A stretch of DNA of 64,000 nucleotides. Origin: Eledone cirrhosa. Taxonomy: Eukaryota. Below are positions 37,271-51,459 of this stretch, piece by piece. The notes beneath the pieces are model-generated. The model was not told where the DNA came from. It saw nothing but the letters and a program-made list of their open reading frames with translations, and did not search any database. The position numbers were made by a program, and so were the translations under genes. The DNA is taken from contig OZ024741.1 of NCBI GenBank assembly GCA_964016885.1, forward strand, positions 74,462,001-74,526,000, written 5' to 3'. How positions within the stretch are numbered: position 1 is the stretch's first letter; each line of letters begins with the position of its first letter.

Positions 37271-38003
37271 TCATCATCATCATCATCAGGTTTAGCGTCC
37301 GTGTTCCACGCTTGCATGGGTTTGGACGGGGGTTTTCCCACTTGAGGCAAGAGTGGTTGTCTTGCTCGCATAGGACTGTCTGGCGGGTTTTCTACAGTTG
37401 GATGCCCTTCCTAACACCATCCACATTTACAGTGTGGGGCTGGGAGGTTTTTACCGTGTTGCCTACATGGCCACATTACAGCGTGGACTGTCTGGCGGGT
37501 TTTCTACAGCTGGATGCCCTTCCTAACACCAACCACATTTACAGTGTGGGGCTGGGAGGTTTTTACCGTGTTGCCTACACTGCCACATTACAGCGTGGAC
37601 TGTGTGTTTTTTTGTCGTGACACCTACACGATCTCATTTGTTTCGGCCTGGATGTTGTGGGACCAACATAACTTTACATTGAAAGGGGCGGTGTGGATGG
37701 GGTGGAGGTGGTGGGACGGGGGGGTGTTTTGATAGAGATGCCTACTGACTGTAGTAGGTTTTTACTTTGTATTTAGGTAAGGCGGGTCTTCTCTATTACT
37801 GAGTACCGCCAAAGGTCTCGGTCCAGTGACATTGTCTTGGAGAGGTGTAAGCGTGTGAGGTCGGAATTTATCAGCTCGTCCCATGTTTTTCTGGGTCTGC
37901 CTACTCCGTGGCTACCGTCTATCTTTATTGCCCTGCACTTTGTTATACAGCTGTCGTCTTTCATGCGCATCACGTGACCGTACCAACGTAGCCTTCTCTC
38001 GAG
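37269..38003 (-). mobile_element. RTE LINE 3' end (type C) with an approximately 112-bp tandem duplication in the UTR
   Basis: [19 protein letters not shown]...; segment GGACTGTCTGGCGGG...CAGCGT occurs twice (about 37373 and 37485). Confidence 0.9.
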
Positions 38004-38049
38004 TATATATATATATATACACACACACATATATACATATATATATATA

Positions 38050-39530
38050 TAAGCTTATGCTGGCAATCATGTGCATCACCTGTGTGCATGTGATTGTACT
38101 ATTGTGCACATTGCATCTGGATGATCAGATTGTGCTTGATCAGCCACTATTCTTTGTTTCTTTCCATTCTATTATTGATGGGAGGATCTCGTTGTTTAAT
38201 CAGAAGGGGTTCCTTGATCTGCAAGGTGCCTATGCTGCATTCTATTGCAAGGATGGTTATATTCTTGTCCCTGTTCTTGCATTTGAGGATATGCTTGTGG
38301 GACAACAAGGATTTGTGGTGATGTACTCTTTTATTCTGATGTGCAGGGTCGAATAGGTTGGTGATGTGGAATTTGTTACATTTTAACCTGTACACAATGA
38401 AGGCAGGCAGGCAACAGTTAGTATTGCAGATGGGGCAACTTTTCAGTGCAGATGTGTTCTCCTCATTGAGGGATTTTCTTTTGAATAAGCATCTATTTAA
38501 GGAAGCTTCTGAGTGGGCTAGTCAAGGCCTTCCCTCTGGATGGCTCTGCATATGGCATTAGTGTTTTTTTTCAGCTAAGGTGTAGGATTCTAAATAAGCA
38601 ACTGTTGGCTGAGTAGTTCCATTTTTTGAACTTTGGGTTCTTCTGTGGGTTAGAGAAAGATGCTGGGTACTCATTGGTTTCCAACACTGTCTGGTGTGAG
38701 AGGCTCTACTTGCAGCATCCTTGCATCGGCTGTGCATGTGATTTCGTTTTCAATGTATCCTCTTATAGCATTGCTGGGGAGAGCAGATTTATGGTGGATT
38801 AAAAGATCCTTGCAAGCTGCTTTGCAGTATAAATTGGTGTTGATTTCGCTGATTTCAATGAAGTCTAGTCTGAAGTCAAGAAGGTTAAAGGATCCAGTGT
38901 TGAAGGGTGGTCTATATTGAATTTAATGCTTCTTTATGTAAGGCTGAATGGCTTGAAATTCTGTTGATATTTTCATGAGAAGACGTGAGGAAGAGGATAT
39001 CATTAAGAAATTTTAAGAAGAATTCACAGCTGCTAAGCATTTGGCATTCAAGCTGGTTCATGAATGAGATGGCCAGTAAACCTGACAGACTAGATCTCAT
39101 CAGTAATCTTGAAGTCTGTCAGTAGGTATGGCTGAGGAAGAAGGTGTTATTAAGACCCATAAAGAAGGATCTGACTTGAAAATCAGGGCCATTGTCACCA
39201 GTGTAGAAGTACCATTATATACAATCTCATGACTCCTATCCAAGATCTTAAAACCTCTGCTAGCAACTTTCTCAGGCCATGTCAGCAGTTTGGAAGAGGT
39301 CATCTAATGACTCCACCAACTGGACCCTGACACATGCAAAAAAACAACAGATATGCCTTTAACTTTGAAGTGTTATTCCTATACACTTTTGTACCCACAT
39401 TCCCAGCTTTAGACATACTAATAGAATGCATCAGTTCCACTGACTGATATCTATCAGCTCCTATCCATTGTCGTCCATAATGCCTTCTACAACTTTTTTG
39501 GTTTTTATGATACAAAACTATTTGTTTTAA
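38050..39530. mobile_element. Old Penelope-like element (PLE-3) with an internal inversion
   Basis: Minus 38050-38940: LLDF..LYCKAACKDLLIHHKSALP thumb and CPIC..IVYRLKC..LQIKEPLLIK..IN endonuclease. Plus 38940-39530: KIRAIVTSVEVPLYTIS.LLSKILKPLL..FEVLFLYTFVP (PLE RT N-terminal motifs). Confidence 0.75.
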
Positions 39531-42500
39531 AGTGTTATATCTATCTAAAACTATTTCATCATAATTACATGTTAAAATCTTAGTTAAATTATGTACAAAA
39601 CACCAGTTTAAGAATGAAGATTAGTTATAGTACTAAATCACTCCAAATTCTTGATTATTTTCAAAATGTTTTAGAAAATCATAGCTGGTGACCCAACATG
39701 GCCTCAGTCCGTCAGCTGGAACATGTAATAGAGTGTCTTTCATAAGAAATATGGTAAAGAATGGTTTAAATTACTTCCATTAATCAGTATCAAATCTATG
39801 CAACCAGCCAACAAACCAACAATGCGATCATCCTCCACACATTAACAGCTAAATGTTGCATAAAATTAAAAGGAATCGTTAAACAATGTGATCCTAGATA
39901 TAATATGAATGCAGAGGCCAGGGTTACTAAGATTTGACTTGGAGTTAAACAACAACTACATATAAAAATGTACACAATCAAACAGGGACAAAATAACTGT
40001 CTCTTAAAAATCCTAGAGTATTCTATTAATACTTTAGCCGTTTCATTACTATATTTCTAATGATAGACATCATCTCTCATTTTCAATGGTGTTTCAGTTG
40101 TTCAATCAGCCCACTCATGAAATTAATGTGCAAGTAAATGAGTATTTCACAGAGGTGCATACCCTTAATATAATTTTCTGAGAGATTCAGCATGACGGTG
40201 TGTGAATCTTGGCCCATTGAATTACAAACCATGTACCAAATTCCATTCACAAGTCTTGAGTTGACTCAAGGCTATGGTAAATGCAGTGGGATTGAACCTG
40301 GGACTTTATAATTGTGAAGTAAAGTACTTAATCATTTGACCATGCTAAACACACAGCTGGTTATTGAATGGTTACTGTCAATTATAGAATATATAAAACT
40401 CCATTACAAAGATTCATATCAATAGGACACAAAATTAACAAATGGCTATAAAAATTCCCCAATGCCAATATGGATGGATCTTTGCTATTAATGTTATTCT
40501 GTTAAATGTCAGCAGTTAGTGACATTTGAGAGCTTATTATATCAATTGAACAGAACTATTACTATCAATAATATTCAATCTTATTACTCTGTTAGTAAAT
40601 TCCATGTGAAGTAAGTTTTTCCTTCTGATACCAATCTGCCTCAAACTGCCTCTGGTTTTCCGATACAATGTCGCTTGCCTTTGAAGTGTTTATATATTTA
40701 TTTTAAAACCATCCATCATAATTTGATAAAGTTGTGTCAAAGACATGACAACCTCCCTGTAGAGTCCGGGAATGTATGTGAGATGAGGTCCTGACCCATC
40801 TGAGAAATAGGTGGCTCTGATTAAGTACTGACTTGGTTTGTGGTGACCTATCCAACCCTTGCTAGCAGGAAAACGGATGTTAAGCAATGATTATGAACCT
40901 TCTGTTATGTTCCAAACAACTTAATAATAGAAAAATTATAGTTATATTAATAAATCCCCCCAAATTCTTGATATTTAAAAAATTATTTGAAAATATTTGT
41001 GAAAGTTAGTTTACTAAATTCTTGATTATTTTCAACATTATTTGAAAATCACAAGCAGTGTCTTTCATTAGAAATATGGTGAGAGAAAATTTAACACATT
41101 TACAAGCTGATAAACCGGCCCTAATGAAATCTATTTTCTTTATTTTACTTTTCTGGTTTCCTTATTTCTCCATATGATTTTTCTTTAGATTTTGCTGTTA
41201 TCACCTTTTTCATCAATTATCCTTAATTCACTAATATCCACTTGTCCTATCCAGGTCTGGTGCTAGCACTGACGCCATCTTGTCAACTGTCTAGGGCACA
41301 ACTTCGGTGAGGTGCATTATTGAATCTTAAAGGATCATTGTTTTATACAAATTTATATAATTAAATTAGATATATAATAATTTCCTGCAACCAGAAATAA
41401 ATTGCTAAACAGCATTGAAGATATATCCAAAGCAGTGGAACATATGAAATAGTGTTATGACCTGTCACATGATTTGATGTGGGTTAGTGTGGACTGGAGT
41501 GGAAAATGCAGGTTTAATAATTCTCTTAATGTGGTCAGAGCAAGAAATGTCAAAAACTATGTTTGTCAGCTTGCTAAACTGTAAATTTAAATTATTTGAG
41601 AGAATGGGGCACATATCTGGGAGAGAACGGTGTACACTGTAGAGCTAGACTGGAGCACTAAATATCCAGGTGCTGACTCTGGTCCCATTTATACAATGTA
41701 ATCACTCTAGCCACTAAACTCCCCTTTAGACTCTGTACAGCTAGCTAATCAAAAGCCCACATGACAAAATCTACAATAATTTTTTCTAGCTTAGTTTTCA
41801 TACATTGAAAACTATAGTAATTTATTCAATATGGCAGCAAATTAGCAGATGCATTAGTGTTGGATTACATGCCTTTGTATTTGTTCTGGTTATCTGTGTT
41901 CTGAGTTCAAATCACACTCAGGTCAACTTTGCTTTTCATTCTTTCAGGATTGATAAATAGAGTGTCTGAAGAGGGTCAATGGATCAACAGAATTGTTAAA
42001 AAGTTGGATAGGATGCTTTGCAGTGTCTATTCCAGTTCTCTGTGTTCTGAGTTCATCTTCACCCACTAGAAATGCATTAATATGTCTGCTAGGTTGTACC
42101 TAGCAATAAAAAAAAAAAAAAACTCAATGGAAACATTGTTTCTTCGGCCTGATCTATGTCCATATGCAACATGTGCCTGCATGGTTTGGCAGATTTAACA
42201 GCAGTTAGTTATGATAAGGATGACATTTCTTATACAAAATTTCTTAGCTTCATGTATGAGTTGAATGCTGTATTTTCTTTTCTTATTTAAGTGGTGTAAA
42301 AAAAATTACAACTACATGAGTAAACACAATTTTACTCCTAAAATGTAATTGGCCAAAATAAAACGATGAAATTTTCTTTTTTCTATTCATTATTACTTAA
42401 GTTGTATTAAAAAAGCTCTCTTCAAATACTTTGAGCATTCTAGATTTTTATCCAAAAAAGTTCAATATCCTTCTCTAGATGCAGATAAGAGTGAAGAAAG

Positions 42501-43899
42501 TTAATTGAGAAGTGAAAATATTAAACATTTAGCCAAGAGGTAATTAGTTCTATTTTTTAAAGAATTGTTTCAAAAACTTCAAATAAGATTAGTTCTTTTG
42601 CAATTTTGGAATTAAGATTTTGTTAGGAAAATTTCCTAAAATTAAACATTTTCTGTCTCTTGTTTTTTTCATTTTGGAAATTTTAATTTTTCAAATGAAC
42701 TTATGTATAATCATATTTTTACAGGTATACACTCACTACAATTCATGTTAAAGACTAGTATGTATTGAAGAAATTACATATCATACCAATGATGCCAAAT
42801 AGCATGTTCAGGACAAATTGAATATGCATCTTAACAAAGGAACATTTTATTAGGTGACCTATGTAGCAGTGGAGGTGGTTGCTCTGAAAGAATAATAGCT
42901 AGAAAATTAAAATAGTGGGAAAAGTTCAAGGAACTACTGCTTCTGTTGGCAACAATTTATGTAACATGATGTCCACCACACTTTCCCAATCCACGCTATG
43001 AATTCCCCACAACCAGTTTTAAAGCCTCTTTGGGATGTCATGTACAATATCCTGATAGATGGAATTTTCGGATAGTTTCACTTACTTTTCAGCAGCTTCC
43101 ATACAACAGTGCTGGCGCCACCTTACATCTAACTCCTCCAAATTCTTGATTATTTTCAAGATTAATTGAACCATATAGGTAGTGTATTTTATTAGAAATA
43201 TATTCATAAAAATTTAAATAATTTCATTTAATTTCAACTTCTATGAACCATTTATCACTGAGTGGGAAAATGTCAGAAGTTCTAAGTGGTCAGATGTGAT
43301 GAGAGAGGAACAGCAAGAAAGATGTAGACAGAGGTAGTGTAAGCTGATCTTAAGACATTGCACTTCACAAAACAGATGAGAAAGGAAAGAAACAAGTAGA
43401 GAGATGCTGTACTGGAGACGACTTGTCTAACTCATGCAAGCATAAAAAAGTAAAATCAATGATGATGATGCTCAAGCTATCATCCATCTATCATCTTTTC
43501 AACAAATATTTGAGACACCTTAGTGATGTCAACAACATTGTAGAGTTGAATTCATAACCCAGTAAACCAGTTTGTGACCTAATTTTTGTTGTCAGTAGCA
43601 GCTGCTTCACTTCACCTAGTTATCACTAATGAACTTGAGAGCATTCATTGAACTTGAAAGAATGCTGCATAGTCTTATTTCCTCATTTCTAACAGGTTAT
43701 GCTGCTACCACGCACATCCATTTGTGCTACCACATACATCCTTTTGGTCTATTTTCTCTCTCACTTTGCTGCTTTTAGTGATACTGATGATAATGAGGAT
43801 GATGATACACACACACTGCATATATGTAGTATCATCATTATCATCCTTTTATGTCTATTCTTTCATGGCTTATATACATGTGTGTATATATATAAATAT

Positions 43900-44340
43900 A
43901 TAAAGACGGAGGAAGTAGCCAGTCCAACAGGGATAGTTGCTGAGATGCTGAAAGCATCTGGGATGGTAGGTGACACTTTAACCACTCATATTGTAAACCA
44001 AGTAATACAAAATAATGCTATACCCCAAAACTGATGTAGCAGCATCAACTGCTACAAGAGCGAAGGAGATGTACTAGGTAGAGAAAACTATAGAGGTATC
44101 AAGTTGATTGACCAGATCATGAAGGTTGCATCACTGATTAGGGACTAAGTCCACCGAGATGAAATGCAGTTTGGATTTGTTCCCTCTTCCTTGAGGCAAC
44201 TACAGGAGAAGTGCCCAGCTAAAATACAGATCTGCATGAGCAAGACGTGGTCTCCAGAACTGACTTGTCTCATAACGTGACAACCCATCTAACTCATACA
44301 AGAAAAGAAAAAAATGGATGTTAAATGTGGATGATGATGA
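43900..44340 (+). mobile_element. Degenerate RTE RT fragment with tail
   Basis: GIVAEMLKASG..NYRGIKLIDQIMKV..MQFGFVP..RQLQEK, then a GAT tail. Confidence 0.75.
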
Positions 44341-44771
44341 TATCTATCTCTCTCTATATATATAGAAAACACAGATACTGAATTTTGTGGGTGAGGCAAA
44401 AGACAAACTGTAATATTAAAACACAATTCTAAACCTGGAAAAAGATTTCAGGATTTCAGCAGAAAATTTGGAATTTCCGAGGAAATTGTTTTTACATTGA
44501 AAAAGCATTTTTATTAGATTTACTGTACTGAATGTTGATTTTAAGATCATCATTTAGATGTCAACTCATAATAAAATACAGTTAAACATGCTAGCGTGGA
44601 AGATGGACGTTAAACGATGATGATGATCATCATCATATAAGTTTTGACTTCATTTCCACTGTGCGACACCTTGGCCATGTCTCTCCGACAATAGACTTCG
44701 GTTGACCAATACCTTATGAGTGAAACATGATAGATGGAACTATATAGAAGCCCATTGTGTGTGTGTGCGTG

Positions 44772-44805
<34 letters not shown>

Positions 44806-45197
44806 ATCATCATAATAATCATCATTTTATGTCCGCTTTTCCCTGCTTGCAAGGATGGGACGGGAACTGATTCTGGCTTGATTTCTACAGCTGGATGCCC
44901 TTCCTAACACCAACCTCATTTACAGTTAGTGCTGGGTGCTTTTTTGCCGTGGCGCCTACACGTCCACTTTACAGTGTGGGCTGGGTGCTTTTTTGCCGTG
45001 GCGCGTACACATCCACTTTACAGTGGAATGATAGGGACCCCAGTCTCATTTCTACAGCTGAGTAAACTGGAGCAATGTGAAATAAAGTGTCTTGCTCAAG
45101 GAAACAACACATCACCCGGTCTGAGAATTGAACTCACAACCTTTCGATTGCAAGGCCAATGCTCTAACCACTAAGCCATGTGCCTATATATATATAT

Positions 45198-45531
45198 ATT
45201 CACTGGGGAACTGGAGTCATAAGACTCCAGTTCCCCAGTGAATTAACAACCCAACAAGGAACTGGGCATATCAGAGTATTGACAATATCATACACCTAAA
45301 CAACATATGTACTTGTCTATACCATACTAATTCAAACTGCCTGAAGAGGTCACAGCCAAAGATGGCTGTCACTGAAATATATATAGCAGTAATAAACGAA
45401 GCTAAATTTTAATCATTTGACTTTTATTTAACTTTATTTTACACTACTCCGGAGTAACCAAACCAACCTGCGCACTTCGTCGAGTGCTCCAGCCTGCATA
45501 CTGAGGTGTTGGTATACAACCAACATAAACT

Positions 45532-45540
<9 letters not shown>
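45198..45540 (+). mobile_element. Solo PLE pseudo-LTR-like insert with terminal hairpin and hammerhead
   Basis: Perfect 21-bp hairpin 45198-45243, hammerhead 45336-45390, AATAAA at 45391, (TA)n flanks. Confidence 0.75.
45336..45390 (+). ncRNA. Type I minimal hammerhead ribozyme
   Basis: ACTGC-CTGAAGA-GGTCACAGCC aaagat GGCTGTCACT-GAAA-TATATA-TA-GCAGT: intact core, 5-bp stem I, palindromic stem III. Confidence 0.85.
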
Positions 45541-45590
<50 letters not shown>

Positions 45591-45591
<1 letters not shown>

Positions 45592-46700
45592 TCAGCAAGG
45601 TTAGAATTAACAACGAATATAGTGAAGAGTTTAGTGTAAAAGTTGGCGTCCATCAGGGCTCTGTTCTCAGCCCCCTACTATTTATTATTGCCCTTCAGGC
45701 TATAACAGAGGAGTTCAAGATCGGCTGCCCATGGGAACTCCTATACGCAGATGACCTAACACTCATAGCTGAATCAATGGCCGAGCTAGAGAAGAAATTC
45801 CAAACATGGAAGCACGGCCTAGAATCAAAAGGCCTTAAAATTAACCTGGCTAAGACCAAAGTTCTAGTTTGTAGGAAAGAAAATAAGGCGGCGGTCCCTT
45901 CCGGGAAGTGGCCATGCTCAGTGTGTAGGAAAGGCGTAGGTAGAAACTCCATTTTGTGTCCGAAATGCAAAGTATGGGTGCATAAAAGATGTAGTGGGAT
46001 CACAGGTAAGCTAACTAAGAACATAGATTTCACATGTGGCCGGTGCTCTGGTGCAATAAGTAGCAGCAAGTGCCCACACAATACTAGCTCTTTCAACTGC
46101 GCAGAGGGCTCTATAGAAATAGTGGACAGCTTCCGTTACCTGGGTGACAAAATCAGCAGTGGCGGAAGGTGCTCTGAAAGTACAGTAGCTAGAGTCAGAA
46201 CTGGATGGAAAAAGTTCAGAGAGCTTATACCACTATTAGCCGCTAAAGGGTTCTCCCTAAAAATGAAAGGCAGGTTGTATGATGCCTGCATACGAACAGC
46301 AATGTTGCATGGCAGTGAGACCTGGGCATTGTGTGCAGAGGATATACGCAGACTAGAGAGGAACGAAGCTTGCATGCTCCGCTGGATGTGTAATAGTAAT
46401 ATACGTGAACGGCAAAGCATAAACGAACTAAGGAAAAAATTAGAAATAAGAGGGATCAGATGTTGTTTACTCGAGAGAAGGCTACGTTGGTATGGGCACG
46501 TGATGCGCATGAAAGACGATAGCTGTATAACAAAGTGCAGGGCAATAAAGATAGACGGTAGCCACGGAATAGGCAGACCCAGAAAAACCTGGGACGAGCT
46601 GATAAACTCCGACCTCACACACTTACACCTCTCCAAGACAATGTCACTGGACCGAGACCTTTGGCGGTACTCAGTAATAGAGAAGACCCGCCTTACCTAA
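45591..46700 (+). CDS. Partial RTE reverse transcriptase (motifs 4-7, thumb) with an internal PHD-type finger
   Basis: Stop-free frame of about 369 codons; YADD catalytic motif; CxxC..CxxCxxWVHxxC..CxxC at 45915-46046. Confidence 0.9.
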
Positions 46701-47088
46701 ATACAAAGTAAAACCTACTACAGTCAGTAGGCATCTCTAACAAAATACACCCCCCCCCCCCACCCCATCCACACTGCCCCCTTCTATGTAAAGTTATGTT
46801 GGTGCCACACCATCCAGGCCGAAACAAATGAGATCATGTAGGTGTCACGACAAAAAAACACACAGTCCACGCTGTAATGTGGCCGTGTAGGCAACACGGT
46901 AAAAACCTCCCAGACCCACACTGTAAATGTGGTTGGTATTAGGAAGGGCATCCAACTGTAGAAAACCTGCCAGACAGTCCTATGCGAGCAAGACAATCAC
47001 TCTTGCCTCAAGTGGGAAAACCCCCGTCCAAACCCATGCAAGCGTGGAACACGGACGTTAAACGTTGATGATGATGATGATGATGATG
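45591..47088 (+). mobile_element. 5'-truncated RTE-clade LINE (tail type C), best-preserved copy
   Basis: Open frame 45591-46700 with [39 protein letters not shown]; about 370-bp 3' UTR ending GGACGTTAAACGTT(GAT)n; flanked by (TA)n. Confidence 0.95.
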
Positions 47089-50000
47089 ATATATATATAT
47101 ATATATATATATCTATATCACCATTTTTATGTTGACGTTGCCAGACAGACAGTGTTTTACAGCCAGATGCTCTTCCTGGCATCACGCCTTTTAGTCACTT
47201 TTTACTACACATAGGAATATGTTGTACCTATTCTGAACCAGATGTGCATAGCTAATGTTAAATTAGTTTAATACTGTAAATAGCTTAATACATGGTATGG
47301 ATTAATCCAACGCTATGTATGGTAAATTACATTTGTCCAATAGGCCACACAGTGGCAAGAGGAAAAGACCTTCTGAATTCAAAATGAACTCCTTAATTGT
47401 TTAGCCATGTTGAATACTTTAATGTTATTTAATGGTGTGCGTATCTGATTTAGAATAGGTGCACTGTATCTCTGTATGTCATAAGAGGTGAGTAAGAGGT
47501 TTGGTCTTAGGAAGGGCATATGGTCACTGCTTCAAAAAGGACCCCATGAATATGAAGCTTGTCATTGGGCTCACAAAGCTAAACTCTGTTTTAGCATGGA
47601 AGTGCTCATGTCTCTGTATTAAAGTTATGTAATATATCGTATTCAATACAAACTTATTTTTGCTTGCCATTGCTGATGTCAGGAAAGAATTTAAGAATTA
47701 GAACTGGTAAAGGGGGAAATACAGAAATAAATCTAAAACAAATATCACTAATGCAGAAGTGTTACTGCAAGGCATGGGTAATCTTTTCAGGCAGTGGACC
47801 ACATGAAATATGGCCCATCATAAAGGTAGGCTGCACTACTAAAAAATATTCAAGATAATTTTTCTTTAGGTATGCTAATCAGAAAGCCAAATGGGTCACA
47901 GTTTGTCCATGACTGGTTATTGCTTTGGTTGCAAGATTGTAAATAAAGAAGAGAACAAAGTATATGATGAAAGAATTTGAATTTTACATATCTAGTTATA
48001 TCTATGAAATAGACATATGTTATTTTAACTGTTACAAAATTTAATGTCAGGAAAGTGTTTAATGGCTGGAATGTGTTTGAACACAGGTCTTCTTGGTCAG
48101 GGCAGACCTGGGGCTAAATTATATCAACAACAAATAACTGCTCAGCATAATCTTAGAAGATTTTATCGATTTCTTTTATTCCATATATTATTTCTTAGTT
48201 TTAAACTATTCTCATAAATTTTAACTTTGACAGATGTTAAAAACAAAGGGAATAAAATTAAAATCTTGTACACCAGTCACGTCAGTAAAACTTCTTTACA
48301 ACTTACATTTATAGATTTAGATATCAAAGAAACTTCACTTAATATGCCCATGTGTACAAGACACAAAAATGGAAAGTTGTAAAAGCAAGCCAATTTATTA
48401 CTTGTTTCTTTTTAAAAACAAAAAAATATCAAAGAAGACACTTTTATAATATATTTGTATTTATTTGAAACATCCATCACTTATATTTGTTAAATTGTAA
48501 AATCCCAGATAATTTGCAATTTTTTATTATCATCATTTAGTCCTTAACATTATGTATTGATTTAGCAGAAAATATCTAAAAGCTGGTTTGTTAATTCAAA
48601 TGTCTATAGTATATTTACTATTGGACCAATTATTAAAGTGGATGTTAAGAATTAAAGTAGATTTTTTCCATGCTGAAATGGGTTTGACAAGTTGTTTTAG
48701 ACCAACTCAGTACTAAAATAGGGGCAGTTTTTTTCAATAATTTGAGTTTTCACCTCTACAACAATACATCATCAACTGCCAAAGGGGAACGTTTAAACTA
48801 CTATTTTTTAACATATAGATTCATATAGAGTGGTAAATATATGCAGCATGATGATTTGGAGCATTTATTCTGGCTCTTTATGTTCTGAGTTCAAATTCCT
48901 TCGAGTTCAGCTTAGCCTTTCATTCTTCTGGGGAAGAGTGTATCAATAAAATAAAGCACTAGTACAGTACTGGAGTTGATTTATTTGACTGTCCTATCTT
49001 CGTGTTAAAAATTACAAGCCTTCATTTTAAAATTTATTTTACCTACTTATGAACTACTAGAGATTAACAGGTACCAGTGTGAGGAGAAAATACATCCAGT
49101 CACTATGAACACATCGATCAATGAGACTTGGTATCAATGTAATTGCCAAACTTCATGCATCCTAAATCTGCTGGCCTTGTGCCTAAATTAGTAACCCTTA
49201 TTATTACTTATGTGTGAGAAGGAAAATGTTTCATCTCATCAAAGAGTTCTTTTTTTTAAGGTAATTTTTTACAGCTAGATACTCTTCTTGACAACTCTTT
49301 TAGTTGCCTCTTATGACACAGAGATATGGTGTGTCTATTCTAAACTGGATAAATACTGCTGTGAAGAGAACTGGAAGGTGATGGTTGAACCATGTGTTGA
49401 GGAAGGATGACAGTGACAATGTAAGAGGAGTGATGATTATAAATGTGGATGTAAATGGAGGAAGGAGAAGACCAACAAAAACATAGTTGCAGGAAGAAAT
49501 GAAAGTTAGAGTGTTACTGAGGGTTGATGCAGACAAGAGGGCATAATGGAAAAGCTTATAATGGAGCCCCATAAGGCCAATTTTTAACAGAGAAAATGGT
49601 CTTAAAACACAAGTAATAATGTTTCAACTGTTGAAAATTCCTCAAACATTTATTTGGAATAAAAAAAAAAGACCTAAAAAAATTAATTTGTCAAGACATT
49701 GAAATTATAAATTAAAGTAGATGAATATGGTGGCATTGAATTTAGATGGAATGTGTTGTTCTACTCTTTGATTTGGATTTTTGTAGTCATGTGTGGTGGT
49801 GGCAGCAGGTGGGGAGATGTTCACTTACTTGTAATGCTTCTGGCTTCTATTTACTTATAAACAACTAAAAGGTCTTGTGTTGTTTGTAAAATAACTGCTT
49901 TTCCTATTTTGATTTCTTTGATTTTTTTTTTCAAAGAGAAAACAGATGGTGATATATGAGAAAATCCAGAAATAGAGAACCTCTTTGTAATATCCGCTAC

Positions 50001-50116
50001 CACCAAAGGAATTCAACTATAATAATAATAGTTTTGGCTGTTACATTTTTTGTTATTTTATTTTAATTTCATTTTATTACTTTTATCTTATTTTATGACC
50101 ACTGAGTTAATACGTA

Positions 50117-50154
<38 letters not shown>

Positions 50155-50436
50155 ATATATATATGTATTGTTATAATTAGGGAGGGTCATCTGCTAATAA
50201 AAACACACGCCCCAGTTTCCTTTCATTTCAGTTTATTTTTAGTTAAGTAACTTATCCATTCATTGCTTAGTTTAGTAAATGGGTGGTTGTTTAATTGTTA
50301 TTTGTATTTTTAATTGTCAATGCTTTCTTCACATATAAAATATATATATACACACACACATACATACATACATACATATATACATACATATATATATATA
50401 TATACATACATACATACATACATATATATATATATA

Positions 50437-50468
<32 letters not shown>

Positions 50469-51459
50469 CACATATATACATACATACATATACACATATA
50501 TACATACATACATATATACATACACACATATATATATATATATATATATACACACAACGTTTTTATTACCTTTTTTCTCTTTCCCCTGCTTTGTTTCCTG
50601 ATTAAACCTGTTGATTTTTTTTTGTGCCATCTGTAACCAGCTCTTCCTTCCTATAATGTTAGCAGGCTTCATTTAATTAGATTTGGCATCAGCTATCAAC
50701 GACCCCATTCCACACACACACCTAATTCACTCTATCCACCTTATACACTGGAATATCTTAAACACACTAGTCTTCTTCTTATCTTAAATATACAATTGCT
50801 CTCTTAGTTGGCTCTTTTTATATTTGTTTTCTTGATGATGTTTTTCTTTTCTTTCTTTCCATATTCTACTTTCCTCTTTCATTCTTAATCTATTCTTCTG
50901 CTTTACCTTATCTTCTCTACAGAATTTTCTGCTAAATACTGATTATTTCATAAGTAATACAGGTCAATTGATTTTTCAGCTTTCTCCATCAGTGTTTCTT
51001 CTTAGTTTAGTTTGTATTGTATATTTACATATACTTAAGAACGTGTGCATGGAGAGAGAGAGAGAGAGAGACAGAGAGAGACAGACAGACAGAGAGAGAG
51101 AGAGTCTGTGCTTGCGTAAAAATAAAAACTCTTGTGAAATTCAGCTGTAAATATCACTTGGCCTATTATCATAAAACTTAAAATCTTTCTTTCCAATCAA
51201 GCAATGTTCTCGAATTCTCAAATAATTTTGAAAATAATCCAGAATGTGAAAGGATATAGTAACAAATTAAACTTTCTTATTATCACTGAAGCTATTACTT
51301 CCTTAAAGCAATGGAAACCAACAAAATACTCATTAGTTTTACAATCCTGACACTATAATGCATATACAACAAACATGCATCCTGTAGTATGTACTTGGAG
51401 ACAACTTAACCCTTTTGATTCCAAAGAACCTGAAACTTCCCCTGGTACAATGCTTTGAG

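Noticed and set aside
49831-49848. Possible 18-nt minus-strand microexon (KPEALQ) with GTAAGT donor
   Set aside because: Weak acceptor and no homology support; such sites arise by chance.
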